Notes: a model not told the origin generated them from the letters alone. Shown: positions 1 to 9,925, numbered from the stretch's first letter. The stretch: 64,000 nucleotides of DNA from an uncultured Thermoleophilia bacterium (GCA_963702475.1 CAVPCT010000003.1:576001-640000); one strand, 5' to 3'. Numbers and translations: made by a program.

Positions 1-411
1 GCCCAGCACCCCGCGCCGGAACGCGAGCTCATGGCCATCGCCAGGGTCGGGTTCCGCTTCCCCGCGTCGAGCATGGCCAGCGGCAAGGTGCTGCTGGCGC
101 GACTGTCCGATGCGGAGCTCCGGCGCATGCTCCCATCGCGCCTTGAGCCGACCATCGACGGGCGCGTGAAGTCGCGCGACGAGTTCCTGCGCGAACTGGG
201 GGAGGTGCGCCTCACCGGACTGGGCTACGAGCGCGAAGAGCTCCGGCACGGTATCTGCGCGGTGGCCGTCGCCGTGGTCGACGTGGACGGGCGCGCGGCC
301 TCCGTGGCCGTACCGATGCCGGCCTCAAGGTTCACGCAGAGCGAGCAGGACGTGGCGGCGGCGCTGGTGCGCCTGCGCGACGACATCCAGGCCGAGCTCG
401 GCGGCCGTTGA
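1..411 (+). CDS. IclR family transcriptional regulator, C-terminal effector domain (5' partial)
   Basis: RVGFRFPASSMASGKVLLA...GYEREE...GICAVAV matches the IclR effector-binding domain; HTH lies upstream of the window. Confidence 0.85.
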   Translation, partial: AQHPAPERELMAIARVGFRFPASSMASGKVLLARLSDAELRRMLPSRLEPTIDGRVKSRDEFLRELGEVRLTGLGYEREELRHGICAVAVAVVDVDGRAASVAVPMPASRFTQSEQDVAAALVRLRDDIQAELGGR

Positions 412-556
412 CGCGGCCGCCGAGGTGCCGGGACCGCGCACCGCTGCGGCAGGCCGGCACGTCCGCCGCCCGGCCATGGTGCGATCGGCTGGGCTCTCGG
501 CCGGTCGTCGTACAGCCTGCCGCGCCTGCGCCCGGTCTCACGGGGAGGACAGATCG

Positions 557-1318
557 ATGAACGTGTTCGACATAGCCGGGCTGCGCGCGCTCGTGGTCGG
601 GGCCGGCGGCCTCGGCGGCGCCATCGCCGCCGGCTTCGCGGCGCACGGCGCCGACGTGGCGGTCGCCGACGTGGACCTGGCGCGCGCCCGGGCGCTCGCC
701 GCCCAGCTCGAGGCCGACGAAGTGGTGGCCGCCGGGGTGCGGGTGGACGTGACCGACGAGCACTCGGTCGCGGCCATGGTCGCGGCCGCCGTGGGCGCTC
801 TCGGTGGCCTGGACACCCTCGTCAACGCCGCCGGCGTCACGGTGCGCAAGCGCGCCGAGGACCTCTCGCCGGGTGAGTGGCGCCGCATCCTCGACGTCAA
901 CGCCACCGGCACGTTCCTGTGCTGCCAGGCCGCCGGCGCGCACATGGCAGGCTCCGGCGGCGGCGCCATCGTCAATCTGTCCTCGGTGCGCGGCCGCTAC
1001 GGGGCCACCTTCGGACAGGCGGAGTACTCGGCCAGCAAGGGCGCGGTGGACTCGCTCACGCGCTCGCTGGCCGCCCAGTGGGCCGAGCTCGGCATCCGCG
1101 TGAACGCGGTGGCGCCGACCTTCGTCGAGACCGATCTGACGCGCGCGGTCCTGGCCGACGAGGCCTTCGCGACCACGCTGCGCGCGAGCATCCCCATGGG
1201 GCGGTGGGCGGAGACCGCGGACGTCGTCGGCCCGGTGCTGTTCCTGGCTTCACCTGCATCCGCGTTCGTCACCGGACAGATCCTCTACGTGGACGGCGGT
1301 CTGACGGCTCGGGTGTAG
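557..1318 (+). CDS. SDR family oxidoreductase
   Basis: GAGGLG Rossmann motif, NAAG, YSASK catalytic motif, VDGG C-terminus; GGGGAGG RBS before ATG 557; TAG stop. Confidence 0.9.
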   Translation: MNVFDIAGLRALVVGAGGLGGAIAAGFAAHGADVAVADVDLARARALAAQLEADEVVAAGVRVDVTDEHSVAAMVAAAVGALGGLDTLVNAAGVTVRKRAEDLSPGEWRRILDVNATGTFLCCQAAGAHMAGSGGGAIVNLSSVRGRYGATFGQAEYSASKGAVDSLTRSLAAQWAELGIRVNAVAPTFVETDLTRAVLADEAFATTLRASIPMGRWAETADVVGPVLFLASPASAFVTGQILYVDGGLTARV

Positions 1319-1372
1319 CTGCGCACGGCGGCTCTCCGCCCCTACGGCCCGCCCGCACCGGGCCGCCGAGTC

Positions 1373-1436
1373 TTGACCTCCTCCCGCCCCTGCACTACTG
1401 TTCGCATCACGGAATAGCTGTTCCGCATCGTGGTCA
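1373..1436 (+). promoter_or_regulatory. sigma70-type promoter with two overlapping/downstream 17-bp operator-like sites
   Basis: TTGACC(1373)-N17-TACTGT(1396); TGTTCG-N5-CGGAAT (1399-1415) and GTTCCG-N5-TGGTCA (1420-1436). Confidence 0.65.
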
Positions 1437-1602
1437 CCACCGTGTGAGGCAGCCGGTCGAGGAGGGCGGCCTCGAGACCGCGTGCACGACGCATCCCGGC
1501 TCCGGCGCGGTCCGCCGGGACGCTCATCGCCGTTCGATCGTCGCAAGTGTCCAGTGCAGCGCCATCCGCGTGGCTGCCGCAGGGAACGAGAGGAGAGGTG
1601 TC

Positions 1603-2400
1603 ATGGAGCGTGAGATCTGGAGCGTGGAGAAGATCCGCAGCCTGTTCGACATGACGGGCAAGACGGCGGTCGTGACCGGCGGCTCGGGGGCGTTCGGCGG
1701 CGAGGCCGCCAAGGCGCTCGCCGCCTACGGCGCCAACGTTGTGGTCACCAGCCGCCGCGCCGAGAGCCTCGAGTCGACCGCCGCCGCCATCAAGGAGGCC
1801 ACCGGCTCCGAGGTGCTGGCCGTGTCGTGCGACTGCGTCGACCCTGAGAGCGTCGAGGCCATGGTCCAGAAGACCGTGGACACGTTCGGCTCCGTCGACG
1901 TCCTCATCACCGCTGCCGGTCAGGCCAACCGCTTCGCCGCCGAGGAGTTCCCCATCGACGAGTGGCAGAAGGTCATGGACTCCCTCGTCAAGGGCACCTA
2001 CCTGTGCTGCCAGGCGGCCGGCAAGCGCATGATCGCCCAGGGCTCCGGCAAGATCATCACCGTCGGCTCCGTGCGCGGCGAGTTCGGGCACCCCGGCGGC
2101 TACTCCGCCTACGGCACCGCCAAGGGCGCCGTCCACCTGCTCACCAAGCAGCTCGCCACCGAGTGGGCCAAGTACCACATCAACGTGAACAGCATCGCCC
2201 CGTGCATCTTCTGGACGCCGCTCACGCAGCAGGTCATCGAGAACCCCGAGCTCAAGGCGATCTTCCTGTCGCGCATCCCTTGGGGCCGCGTGGCCGACCC
2301 CCAGGACTTCATGGGCGCCGTGCTGTACCTGTCGTCGGCCGCATCGGACTTCGTGACCGGCGCCATCATGGCGGTCGACGGCGGCAGCACCGCCGGCTGA
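1603..2400 (+). CDS. SDR oxidoreductase, probable phloroglucinol reductase-like (NADPH)
   Basis: TGGSGAFG, basic residues (TSRR) after beta2 suggesting NADP(H), YGTAK, INVNSIAPCIF; AGGAGAGG RBS; context with cyclase, HCDH and BKACE. Substrate is inference. Confidence 0.85.
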   Translation: MEREIWSVEKIRSLFDMTGKTAVVTGGSGAFGGEAAKALAAYGANVVVTSRRAESLESTAAAIKEATGSEVLAVSCDCVDPESVEAMVQKTVDTFGSVDVLITAAGQANRFAAEEFPIDEWQKVMDSLVKGTYLCCQAAGKRMIAQGSGKIITVGSVRGEFGHPGGYSAYGTAKGAVHLLTKQLATEWAKYHINVNSIAPCIFWTPLTQQVIENPELKAIFLSRIPWGRVADPQDFMGAVLYLSSAASDFVTGAIMAVDGGSTAG

Positions 2401-2422
2401 GTCGCGACGCGGCGAGAGGAGG

Positions 2423-3370
2423 GTGACCGTGGCCAAGGAGAAGGTGGCCGTCATCGGCGCCGGCATGATGGGCGTCGGCATCGCGCAGATCTTCGCGCTC
2501 GCCGGGCACGAGGTGGCGCTGCAGGACGCCTTCTCCGAGGCGCTCGAGCGCTCCCCCTCGTCGCTGCGCGCGAACCTCACGTTCCTGGCTGAGAACGGGC
2601 TCGGCCGGCTCGACGACGTCGAGCCGGCCGTGGCTCGCGTGCGCACCACCGCCGACCTGGTGGAGGCGGTGCAGGGCGCGGCCTACGTGGTGGAGTGCGT
2701 CTTCGAGGACCTGGAGCTGAAGCGGGGACTGTTCGAGCAGCTCGACGAGCTGTGCCCGCCGGACACCATCCTGTGCACCAACACCTCGGTGATGAGCATC
2801 ACGCAGATCGCGGAGCGCGCGGTGCACAAGGAGCGGGTCGTCGGCACGCACTTCTGGAACCCGCCGTACCTCATCCCGCTGGTGGAGGTGGTGCGCACCG
2901 CGGACGTGGCCGACGAGGCCGTGGCCCGCGTCATGGACCTGCTGCGCAGCGTGGGCAAGCGACCGATCGACTGCAGAAAGGACGTGCCGGGGTTCGTGGC
3001 CAACCGCCTGCAGCACGCCCTGTGGCGCGAGGCCATCTCTCTCGTGGAGCACGGCATCGCCGACGCGGCCACCGTTGACGAAAGCATCCGCTTCGGCCCC
3101 GGCCTGAGGCTGCCGGTCCTCGCCCCCATGGAGAACGCCGACATGGTGGGCCTGGACCTCACGCTGGCCATCCACCAGTACATCCTGCCTCATCTCGAGG
3201 CGTCGGGAGAGCCGTCGCCGCTGCTCAAGGAGAAGGTGGCGGCCGGCGATCTCGGCTTCAAGACCGGGCACGGGTTCCAGGACTGGCCGCCGGAGAAGGC
3301 GGACGCATCGCGCCGGCGGCTCCTCGGCTACCTGGTGCACGTGCTCACCGACGACGAGAGGGGACGCTGA
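2423..3370 (+). CDS. 3-hydroxyacyl-CoA dehydrogenase family protein
   Basis: VIGAGMMG, ECVFEDLELK, TNTS, THFWNPP, PGFVANRLQ, GFKTGHGF motifs. Confidence 0.92.
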   Translation: MTVAKEKVAVIGAGMMGVGIAQIFALAGHEVALQDAFSEALERSPSSLRANLTFLAENGLGRLDDVEPAVARVRTTADLVEAVQGAAYVVECVFEDLELKRGLFEQLDELCPPDTILCTNTSVMSITQIAERAVHKERVVGTHFWNPPYLIPLVEVVRTADVADEAVARVMDLLRSVGKRPIDCRKDVPGFVANRLQHALWREAISLVEHGIADAATVDESIRFGPGLRLPVLAPMENADMVGLDLTLAIHQYILPHLEASGEPSPLLKEKVAAGDLGFKTGHGFQDWPPEKADASRRRLLGYLVHVLTDDERGR

Positions 3371-3437
3371 CGGCCGGCGGACGGCGCACCGCGAGGTGCC
3401 GAGCGCCTCGGCCGCGGCGCGCCGCAAGGAGCGCGGG

Positions 3438-4220
3438 GTGAGCGAGCGCCGTGACGGCGTGCAGGTGCTGGAGCGGGCGGCCCAGATGCTTCGCGCGCTC
3501 TCGGCCGAGCCCAAGGGGCTCACGCCCATCGAGCTGGCCGACCGCGTCGGGCTGCCGCGTTCCACGGCGTACCGCATCGTCGGCACCCTGGTCAACGAGG
3601 GCTTCGTGAGGGTGTCGCCCGGCGGCAAGCTCAGTATCGGTCCGGGCCTCATCAGCATCGCCACGGCGGGCCGCCGCGACCTGCGCCACGAGGCCGCGCC
3701 GTACCTCGAGCAGCTCTCGCACGAGCTGCACGAGACGGTCGAGCTCGTGGTGCTGGACGGCGGCGAGGCCCTGTTCACGAACCAGTTCATCTCGTCCCGC
3801 TCGCTGCGCGTGGTCGCGCAGGTGGGGGACCGCTTCCCGCTGTACTGCACGGCCTGCGGCAAGGCCCTGCTTGCCGAGCTCACGCCATCGGAGGCCGTGC
3901 GGCTGATCCCGGCCAGGCTCGAGCAGTACACGCCGCACACCGACGTCGACCGCGCGCGTCTGCTCGAAGAGCTCAACGAGGTGCGTGCCACCGGCGTGGC
4001 CTACGACCACCAGGAACACACCATCGGCGTCTCGGCCGTGGGGGCGGCGATCCGCGACGCGGCAGGCGCGCTGGCCGCGCTCACCGTGGTCATGCCGGCC
4101 GCCCGCCTTGACGGGCACGAGGAGCTCATCGCCGCAGCGGTGCTGCGTGTGCGCGACGAGATCCAGCGGGCGGTGAACGGCGACGCGCCCGCCGCCGGCC
4201 GCGCCGGCGCCGAGTCTTGA
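3438..4220 (+). CDS. IclR family transcriptional regulator
   Basis: GVQVLERAAQML...GLPRSTAYRIV HTH and RFPLYCTACGKALLA effector motif; start GTG 3438 chosen from AAGGAG RBS. Confidence 0.92.
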   Translation: MSERRDGVQVLERAAQMLRALSAEPKGLTPIELADRVGLPRSTAYRIVGTLVNEGFVRVSPGGKLSIGPGLISIATAGRRDLRHEAAPYLEQLSHELHETVELVVLDGGEALFTNQFISSRSLRVVAQVGDRFPLYCTACGKALLAELTPSEAVRLIPARLEQYTPHTDVDRARLLEELNEVRATGVAYDHQEHTIGVSAVGAAIRDAAGALAALTVVMPAARLDGHEELIAAAVLRVRDEIQRAVNGDAPAAGRAGAES

Positions 4221-4283
4221 CACTGGCTTCTCGGCGCGGGTAGCGTATCCACGATACGGCGAGTATGTTCCGTATCGCGGACC
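4217..4283 (+). promoter_or_regulatory. promoter with two 17-bp operator-like sites
   Basis: TTGACA(4217)-N18-TAGCGT(4241); TATCCA-N5-CGGCGA (4246-4262) and GTTCCG-N5-CGGACC (4267-4283). Confidence 0.65.
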
Positions 4284-4435
4284 AGCCGAGGGACCGACGG
4301 CCCCTCGTGAAGACATCGGCGCACGAGCCGCCGTTCGCCGCCGTGGGAGGTACGGTTCGTGAGTACCGGCCGCCGGTCCGGGCGCGAATGCCCGGCGGCC
4401 GAGTCAGCAACGAGACGAGGAGAAGAGGGACTGCC

Positions 4436-5395
4436 ATGGGCAACAAGGTATTCGTTGACCTCACACATCCGTTCAGCGCGGAGATCCCTCGGTGGCCGTA
4501 CTTTGTGAAGCCGGTCATCGACTCCATGCACACCCTGGCCAAGGGCGGCGTCCTCACGCAGCGCATCGACTGCGTGCAGCACACCGGCACCCACGCCGAC
4601 GCGCCTCGTCACGTCATGGAGCGCGAGTTCAACGGCAAGCGTGCCCGCTACACGCACGAGATGCCGGTCGACGCGTACACCGGCGACGCCGTCTGCCTCG
4701 ACATCCAGATCGAGAAGTGGGGCCTCATCCTGCCCAGGCACATCGAGGACGCCTGCGAGCGCGCGGACATCAAGCCCGATGAGCTCAAGGGCATGGTCCT
4801 CTGCCTCAACACCGGCATGCATCGCAAGTTCGACGACTCCATGGACTACTACCAGTACTCCTGCGGCACCGGCGTCGAGGCCGGCAGGTGGTTTGTCGAG
4901 AAGCAGGTCAAGTGCGTGGCCATGGACATGCAGGCCCTGGACCACCCTCTCCACACTGCTATGGGCAAGAACGGCCCGCCGCAGATGAACCTCCCCGGCG
5001 CCACCGGCCGCCCGATCACCGAGGAGTACGTCGAGCAGTTCGGCCTCGAGGCCTACGCCGAGTTCGAGAAGGCCGTCTACATCGAGGTGCACGGCCGGGA
5101 GGCCTACGACGCCAAGTTCGGCGACCTCGAGGCCATCGGCCTTGAGGGCACCTGGGAGCCCTGCCACAAGCAGATGCTCGGCCACGGCATCGTGGGCGTC
5201 GAGAACCTCGGCGGCGACCTGGACAAGGTCAAGGGCAAGCGGTTCCGCTTCTTCTGTTTCCCGATCCGCTGGTACATGGGCGACGGCTCCATGGTCCGCT
5301 GCGTCGCCGAGATCGACGAGGCCGACGTCAACGACGTGCCGGATCGCACGTACACCTACGCCGGCACCGGCTATGGTCCCGGAGCCGGCTACTGA
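4436..5395 (+). CDS. cyclase family (kynurenine formamidase-like) metal-dependent hydrolase; candidate dihydrophloroglucinol cyclohydrolase
   Basis: VDLTHP, HTGTHADAP metal-binding motif, H...GIVGVENL, PIRW..GDGS..R. Confidence 0.88.
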   Translation: MGNKVFVDLTHPFSAEIPRWPYFVKPVIDSMHTLAKGGVLTQRIDCVQHTGTHADAPRHVMEREFNGKRARYTHEMPVDAYTGDAVCLDIQIEKWGLILPRHIEDACERADIKPDELKGMVLCLNTGMHRKFDDSMDYYQYSCGTGVEAGRWFVEKQVKCVAMDMQALDHPLHTAMGKNGPPQMNLPGATGRPITEEYVEQFGLEAYAEFEKAVYIEVHGREAYDAKFGDLEAIGLEGTWEPCHKQMLGHGIVGVENLGGDLDKVKGKRFRFFCFPIRWYMGDGSMVRCVAEIDEADVNDVPDRTYTYAGTGYGPGAGY

Positions 5396-5526
5396 GGTCC
5401 GCCTTTCGCCCCCAGGGGCCGACAGCGTGGCGCCCGTCGGCGTTCGCCACGGGACGGCACCGACTGCGGCTGGCAGGGTTCGTTTTCGTTCAGAGAAGCC
5501 GGAGACGGCACGAGAAGGAGTGAGGC

Positions 5527-5877
5527 ATGGAAGTCACGCGCTACGACGAGGCCCCGAGCTACGAGGCCCCCGGGCATTTCGATGTGTACGGCCTGCGTGT
5601 GCAGGGCTTCGAGGTCACCAAGACCCGCAACTTCTCCGTGAGTATCTCCCACTTCCTCCCGCGTGGCGGCTGCGAGTACGGCGCCACCCCGATCGAGAAG
5701 GTGTACTTCGTGCTCGACGGTGAGGTCACGGTGAAGACCGAGGAGGGCGAGGTCGTGCTCAAGAAGTACGACTCCATCTACCTGGCCCCGAACGAGGCCC
5801 GTTCTATCCTGAACCACACCAACTCGCCGGCGACGATGCTGGTCGCTATGCCGTACCCCGAGCCGCGCGAGTTCTGA
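5527..5877 (+). CDS. cupin domain protein
   Basis: EKVYFVLDGEVTV...DSIYLAPNEARSILN cupin beta-barrel pattern; AAGGAG RBS. Confidence 0.85.
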   Translation: MEVTRYDEAPSYEAPGHFDVYGLRVQGFEVTKTRNFSVSISHFLPRGGCEYGATPIEKVYFVLDGEVTVKTEEGEVVLKKYDSIYLAPNEARSILNHTNSPATMLVAMPYPEPREF

Positions 5878-5930
5878 CGGGGACCCGGCCGCTCCGCGGC
5901 CACGCACGCACCACCCTGGAGGAGGCCACC

Positions 5931-6761
5931 ATGACCAACCCCATCATCACGGCGGCGCTGACCGGTCCTGTCGCCACCAAGGCCGACAACCCCGGGCTGC
6001 CGGGCGGCGTGGCCGAGATCGCCGAGGCCGCGAAGGCGTCGTACGACGCCGGCGCGGCGGTCATCCACATCCACCTGCGCGACGACCGCGGCGAGATGAC
6101 CGCGGACCTCGACGTGGCGAAGCGCACCGTCGAGGCCGTCCGTGAAGTCTGCCCCGGCATCGTCCAGCTCTCCACCGGCGGCCTGCAGTTCACCTACGAG
6201 GAGCGCATGAGCCTCGTCGAGGCCAGGCCGGCCATGGCCACACTGAACCCGTGCACGATGACGTTCGGCATGGCCGAGTTCAAGAACCCGCCCAAGCAGA
6301 TGATGGAGCTGGCGGCGCGCATGATCGAGCTCGGGGTCAAGCCGGAGGTGGAGATCTACGACACCGGCCACCTCGACTTCATGCTGTACCTGCTGAAGAA
6401 GGAGCTGCTGCTGGAGCCACTGCAGGTGTCCTTCGTGATGGGCGTGCACGGCGGCATGCGCGGCGACCCCGCGCTGCTCTCCTGGCTGGTGCGCGAGTTG
6501 CCTGAGGGCACGAGCTGGCAGGTCATCGCCGTGGCCGGGGCCAACCTGCCCATGACCACCATCGGCCTCGCCATGGGCGGCAACGCGCGCACCGGCATGG
6601 AGGACACGCTGACACTCGAGAAGGGCGTGCCGGCGGAATCCAACGCGCAGCTTGTCGAGCGTCTCGTACGCATCGCCCGCTCGATGCAGCGCGAACCGGC
6701 CGCCGTGGCCGAGGTCGTCGAGCGGCTGAGGCTGCACCCCGAGCTGGTCAACCCGCAGTGA
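5931..6761 (+). CDS. beta-keto acid cleavage enzyme (BKACE/DUF849, Kce-like)
   Basis: IITAALTG, AGAAVIHIHLRD, STGG, KPEVEIYD, GGNARTGMED, SNAQLVER. Confidence 0.93.
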   Translation: MTNPIITAALTGPVATKADNPGLPGGVAEIAEAAKASYDAGAAVIHIHLRDDRGEMTADLDVAKRTVEAVREVCPGIVQLSTGGLQFTYEERMSLVEARPAMATLNPCTMTFGMAEFKNPPKQMMELAARMIELGVKPEVEIYDTGHLDFMLYLLKKELLLEPLQVSFVMGVHGGMRGDPALLSWLVRELPEGTSWQVIAVAGANLPMTTIGLAMGGNARTGMEDTLTLEKGVPAESNAQLVERLVRIARSMQREPAAVAEVVERLRLHPELVNPQ

Positions 6762-6767
6762 TCGTTG

Positions 6768-6866
6768 GGTCCGCTTAGCGGAACGGTAAGACCCGGATAT
6801 TCCGCTACGCGGACCGGCATCCTTGACAGCGGGTACGCGGGCAGTATGATGCCCGTATCGTGGGAA
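6768..6866 (+). promoter_or_regulatory. promoter with three 17-bp operator-like sites
   Basis: GGTCCG-N5-CGGAAC (6768-6784), ATTCCG-N5-CGGACC (6799-6815), TTGACA(6823)-N16-TATGAT(6845), TGCCCG-N5-TGGGAA (6850-6866). Confidence 0.7.
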
Positions 6867-7036
6867 CGACCGTCCGCATGGCGGATGGCAGCAGGGGAAG
6901 ATCCGGCGGCGCCCGGCGGCGGAAGAGTCATCGGCCGGCGCGTGTGCCCGGAAGGAGCAAGGACCCAAGGGGGGGTCCGACGGCAGAGGCTCGTGGTGAG
7001 CTTTCGCCTGCCCGAGGACCAGGACAAGGAGGCGGC

Positions 7037-8422
7037 ATGAGCTCTGACGAACGCACCACCAACGAGACCGGCATGCACAAGCCGATCACGCGGCGCGACT
7101 TCCTCAAGGTCGCCGGCGTGGGCGGCGCCGCGCTCGGCCTTGCCGGCGGTCTCAGCGGCGCTCTCGCGGCGTGCGGCACCACCAGCGCCACCGACGACGG
7201 CGGCGGAAGCACCTCCGGCGCCGAGGGGCGCGAGATCAAAGTCGGCTTCGTCGCGCCGCTCACCGGGCCGCTGGCCGCCTTCGGTGAGGCCGACCAGTTC
7301 TGCGTCGACCAGTGGAACGCCGCCGTCAAAGACGGCCTCGCGACCGCCGACGGCGCCGTGCATCCCATCAGCATCATCATGAAGGACTCGCAGTCCGACT
7401 CGAACCGGGCGGCGCAGGTGGCCGGCGACCTCATGACCAACGACGCCGTCGACATCATGATGGTGGCCTCCACGCCCGACACGGTCGTGCCCGTCGCGGA
7501 CCAGGCCGAGGCGCTCGGCGTGCCCTGCGTCTCCAACGACTGCCCGTGGCAGGCGTACTACTTCGGCCGTCAGAAGGACCCCGCCAACCCCGTGCCGTTC
7601 AAGTGGACCTACCACTTCTTCTGGGGAACCGGCGAGGCCGCGAACGTCTTCATCGACCTCTGGGACAAGCTCGACACAAACAAGAAGGTCGGCGTGATGT
7701 GGCCGAACGACGCCGACGGCAACGCCTGGTCTGACCCCAAGACCGGCATGCCGAGCTTCTACGGGCCGGCCGGCTACACCTTCGTGAACCCCGGCAAGTT
7801 CCAGAACGGCACAGAGGACTTCACCGCCCAGATCGGCAAGTTCAAGGCGGCCGACTGCCAGATCCTCAACGGCGTCATGATCCCGCCGGATTTCACCAAC
7901 TTCTGGAAGCAGTCCTACCAGCAGGGCTTCAAGCCTGTCGTCGCGACCATGGCGAAGGCCATCCTCTTCCCGTCGGCCCTCGAGGCGCTCGGCGAGATCG
8001 GCTACGGCCTCACCTCTGAGGTCTGGTGGTCGCCGAACCACCCGTACAAGTCGTCGCTCACCGGCGAGACCTGCCAGCAGATAGGCGACGCGTACGAGAC
8101 GTCCACCGGCAAGCAGTGGACCCAGCCGATCATGCATTACGCCGTGTTCGAGGTCGTCGCCGACGCCATCAAGCGCACCGAGAACATCGACGACAAAGAA
8201 TCGATCCTGAGCGCCGTCGTGGGGACCAGCGTCGAGACCATCTGCGGCCCCGTCAACTGGGGCGGCGGCACCAACAACCCTGTCCAGAACGTCAGCACGA
8301 CCCCGCTCGTGGGCGGCCAGTGGATCAAGGGCACCAAGTACCCCTTCGACCTGGCCATCGTCGGCAACTCGCTCGCCGCCGACATCCCGCTCACGGGGGA
8401 GCTGCAGCCGATCGAGTACTGA
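7037..8422 (+). CDS. ABC transporter substrate-binding lipoprotein (LivJ/PBP1 family), Tat-exported
   Basis: TRRDFLK twin-arginine motif, LAAC lipobox, IKVGFVAPLTGPLAAFG; AAGGAGG RBS. Confidence 0.9.
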   Translation: MSSDERTTNETGMHKPITRRDFLKVAGVGGAALGLAGGLSGALAACGTTSATDDGGGSTSGAEGREIKVGFVAPLTGPLAAFGEADQFCVDQWNAAVKDGLATADGAVHPISIIMKDSQSDSNRAAQVAGDLMTNDAVDIMMVASTPDTVVPVADQAEALGVPCVSNDCPWQAYYFGRQKDPANPVPFKWTYHFFWGTGEAANVFIDLWDKLDTNKKVGVMWPNDADGNAWSDPKTGMPSFYGPAGYTFVNPGKFQNGTEDFTAQIGKFKAADCQILNGVMIPPDFTNFWKQSYQQGFKPVVATMAKAILFPSALEALGEIGYGLTSEVWWSPNHPYKSSLTGETCQQIGDAYETSTGKQWTQPIMHYAVFEVVADAIKRTENIDDKESILSAVVGTSVETICGPVNWGGGTNNPVQNVSTTPLVGGQWIKGTKYPFDLAIVGNSLAADIPLTGELQPIEY

Positions 8423-8500
8423 TCTCGATCGATCCGGCATGCAGTCCGGCGCTGACCGAGCACGCGAGGAGGTCCCTGTGATGCGGGGCGGTGATAACCC

Positions 8501-9226
8501 GTGACCGTAGTCCTGGAGACAGTCGGTCTCTGCAAGTCCTTCGGCGGCGTCAAGGTCATCGACGACCTGAGCGTCAAGCTGTACGGGGGAGAAGCGCTGG
8601 GCATCGTCGGGCCGAACGGCGCCGGCAAGACCACCCTGTTCAACCTGATCACCGGCGTCTACCGGCCCGACGAAGGCCGGGTCATGTACAAGGATCGGGA
8701 CGTCACGCACGTGAGGCGTCACGACCGCTGCCGCCAGGGCATCGGTCGCACGTTCCAGATCCCCAGGCCGTTCGGCGACATGAGCGTGTTCGAGAACGTC
8801 CTGGTCTGCGCCGCTTACGGTCGCAACCTGAGCGAGCGCGCGAGCTACCGGCGCTGCGTCGAGACGCTCGAGCTCACCGGCCTCGCGGCCAAGGCCAACA
8901 AGCAGGCGGGCGCCCTCCCGCTGCTCGACCGCAAGCGGCTCGAGCTCGCGAGGGCGCTCGCCGGCGACCCCACCGTGCTCCTGCTGGACGAGATCGCCGG
9001 AGGCCTCACCGACTCCGAGGTCGAGGACCTCATCCAGACGGTCAAGGACCTGCACGCACAGGGCATCTCCATCATCTGGATCGAGCACATCGTCCACGCC
9101 CTGCTCGCCGTGGTGCAGCGCATCGTCGCCATCAGCTTCGGGCGCAACCTCATCGAGGGTGACCCCAACGAGGTCATGTGCAGCGACGAGGTGCAGGCCT
9201 GTTACATGGGGGGGACGCCGCTATGA
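8501..9226 (+). CDS. ABC transporter ATP-binding protein (LivG-like)
   Basis: GPNGAGKTT Walker A, RTFQIPRPF, LLLDE, IEH. Confidence 0.92.
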   Translation: MTVVLETVGLCKSFGGVKVIDDLSVKLYGGEALGIVGPNGAGKTTLFNLITGVYRPDEGRVMYKDRDVTHVRRHDRCRQGIGRTFQIPRPFGDMSVFENVLVCAAYGRNLSERASYRRCVETLELTGLAAKANKQAGALPLLDRKRLELARALAGDPTVLLLDEIAGGLTDSEVEDLIQTVKDLHAQGISIIWIEHIVHALLAVVQRIVAISFGRNLIEGDPNEVMCSDEVQACYMGGTPL

Positions 9227-9921
9227 CCGTCCTCGAGCTCAAGGAAGTCGACGTCTTCTACGGCGACTTCCAGGCCCTCTTCAAGGTCTCGTTCAAGGTC
9301 GAAGGGGGCCAGACCTTCGCCTGTATCGGCGCCAACGGCGGCGGCAAGTCCACGCTGCTCCGCACCATCGCTGGTTCCATGCGTCCCCGCTCGGGCGAGG
9401 TCCTGTTCCACGGCAAGCCGGTCGACTCCGTCCCTGCCCACGAGCGCGTCAAGATGGGCATCGCCCTGGTCCCCGAGGGGCGCCGCGTCTTCCCCAGCCT
9501 GAGCGTGCTGGAGAACCTGCAGATCGGCGCCTACGGCGGGCGCAAGGGCGACTGGAGCGTGGAGTCGGTGCTGGAGCTGTTCCCGCTGCTGAAGCCGCTG
9601 CTCAAGCGCCAGGCCTCGAGCCTGTCCGGCGGTGAGCAGCAGGCCCTGGCCATCGGGCGGGCGCTCATGTCCAACCCGGAGCTCCTGTTGCTGGACGAGG
9701 TCTCGCTGGGCCTCGCTCCCGTGGTCATCAAGCGCATCTACGAGGCCATGGTGCACCTGGTGGGCACCGGAACGACCATCGTCGTGGTCGAGCAGGACGT
9801 GCAGCACGTGCTCACGGTCGCCGACTACGTCGCCTGTTTCCTCGAGGGCCGCATCAGCCTCGAGGGCAAGCCGAGCGAACTGACCTCGGAAGCTATCACT
9901 GCAGCCTACTTCGGGATGTGA
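9223..9921 (+). CDS. ABC transporter ATP-binding protein (LivF-like)
   Basis: GANGGGKST, VPEGRRVF, LSGGEQQ, LDEVSLGLAP; ATGA overlap with upstream gene. Confidence 0.92.
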   Translation: MTVLELKEVDVFYGDFQALFKVSFKVEGGQTFACIGANGGGKSTLLRTIAGSMRPRSGEVLFHGKPVDSVPAHERVKMGIALVPEGRRVFPSLSVLENLQIGAYGGRKGDWSVESVLELFPLLKPLLKRQASSLSGGEQQALAIGRALMSNPELLLLDEVSLGLAPVVIKRIYEAMVHLVGTGTTIVVVEQDVQHVLTVADYVACFLEGRISLEGKPSELTSEAITAAYFGM

Positions 9922-9925
9922 TGTC

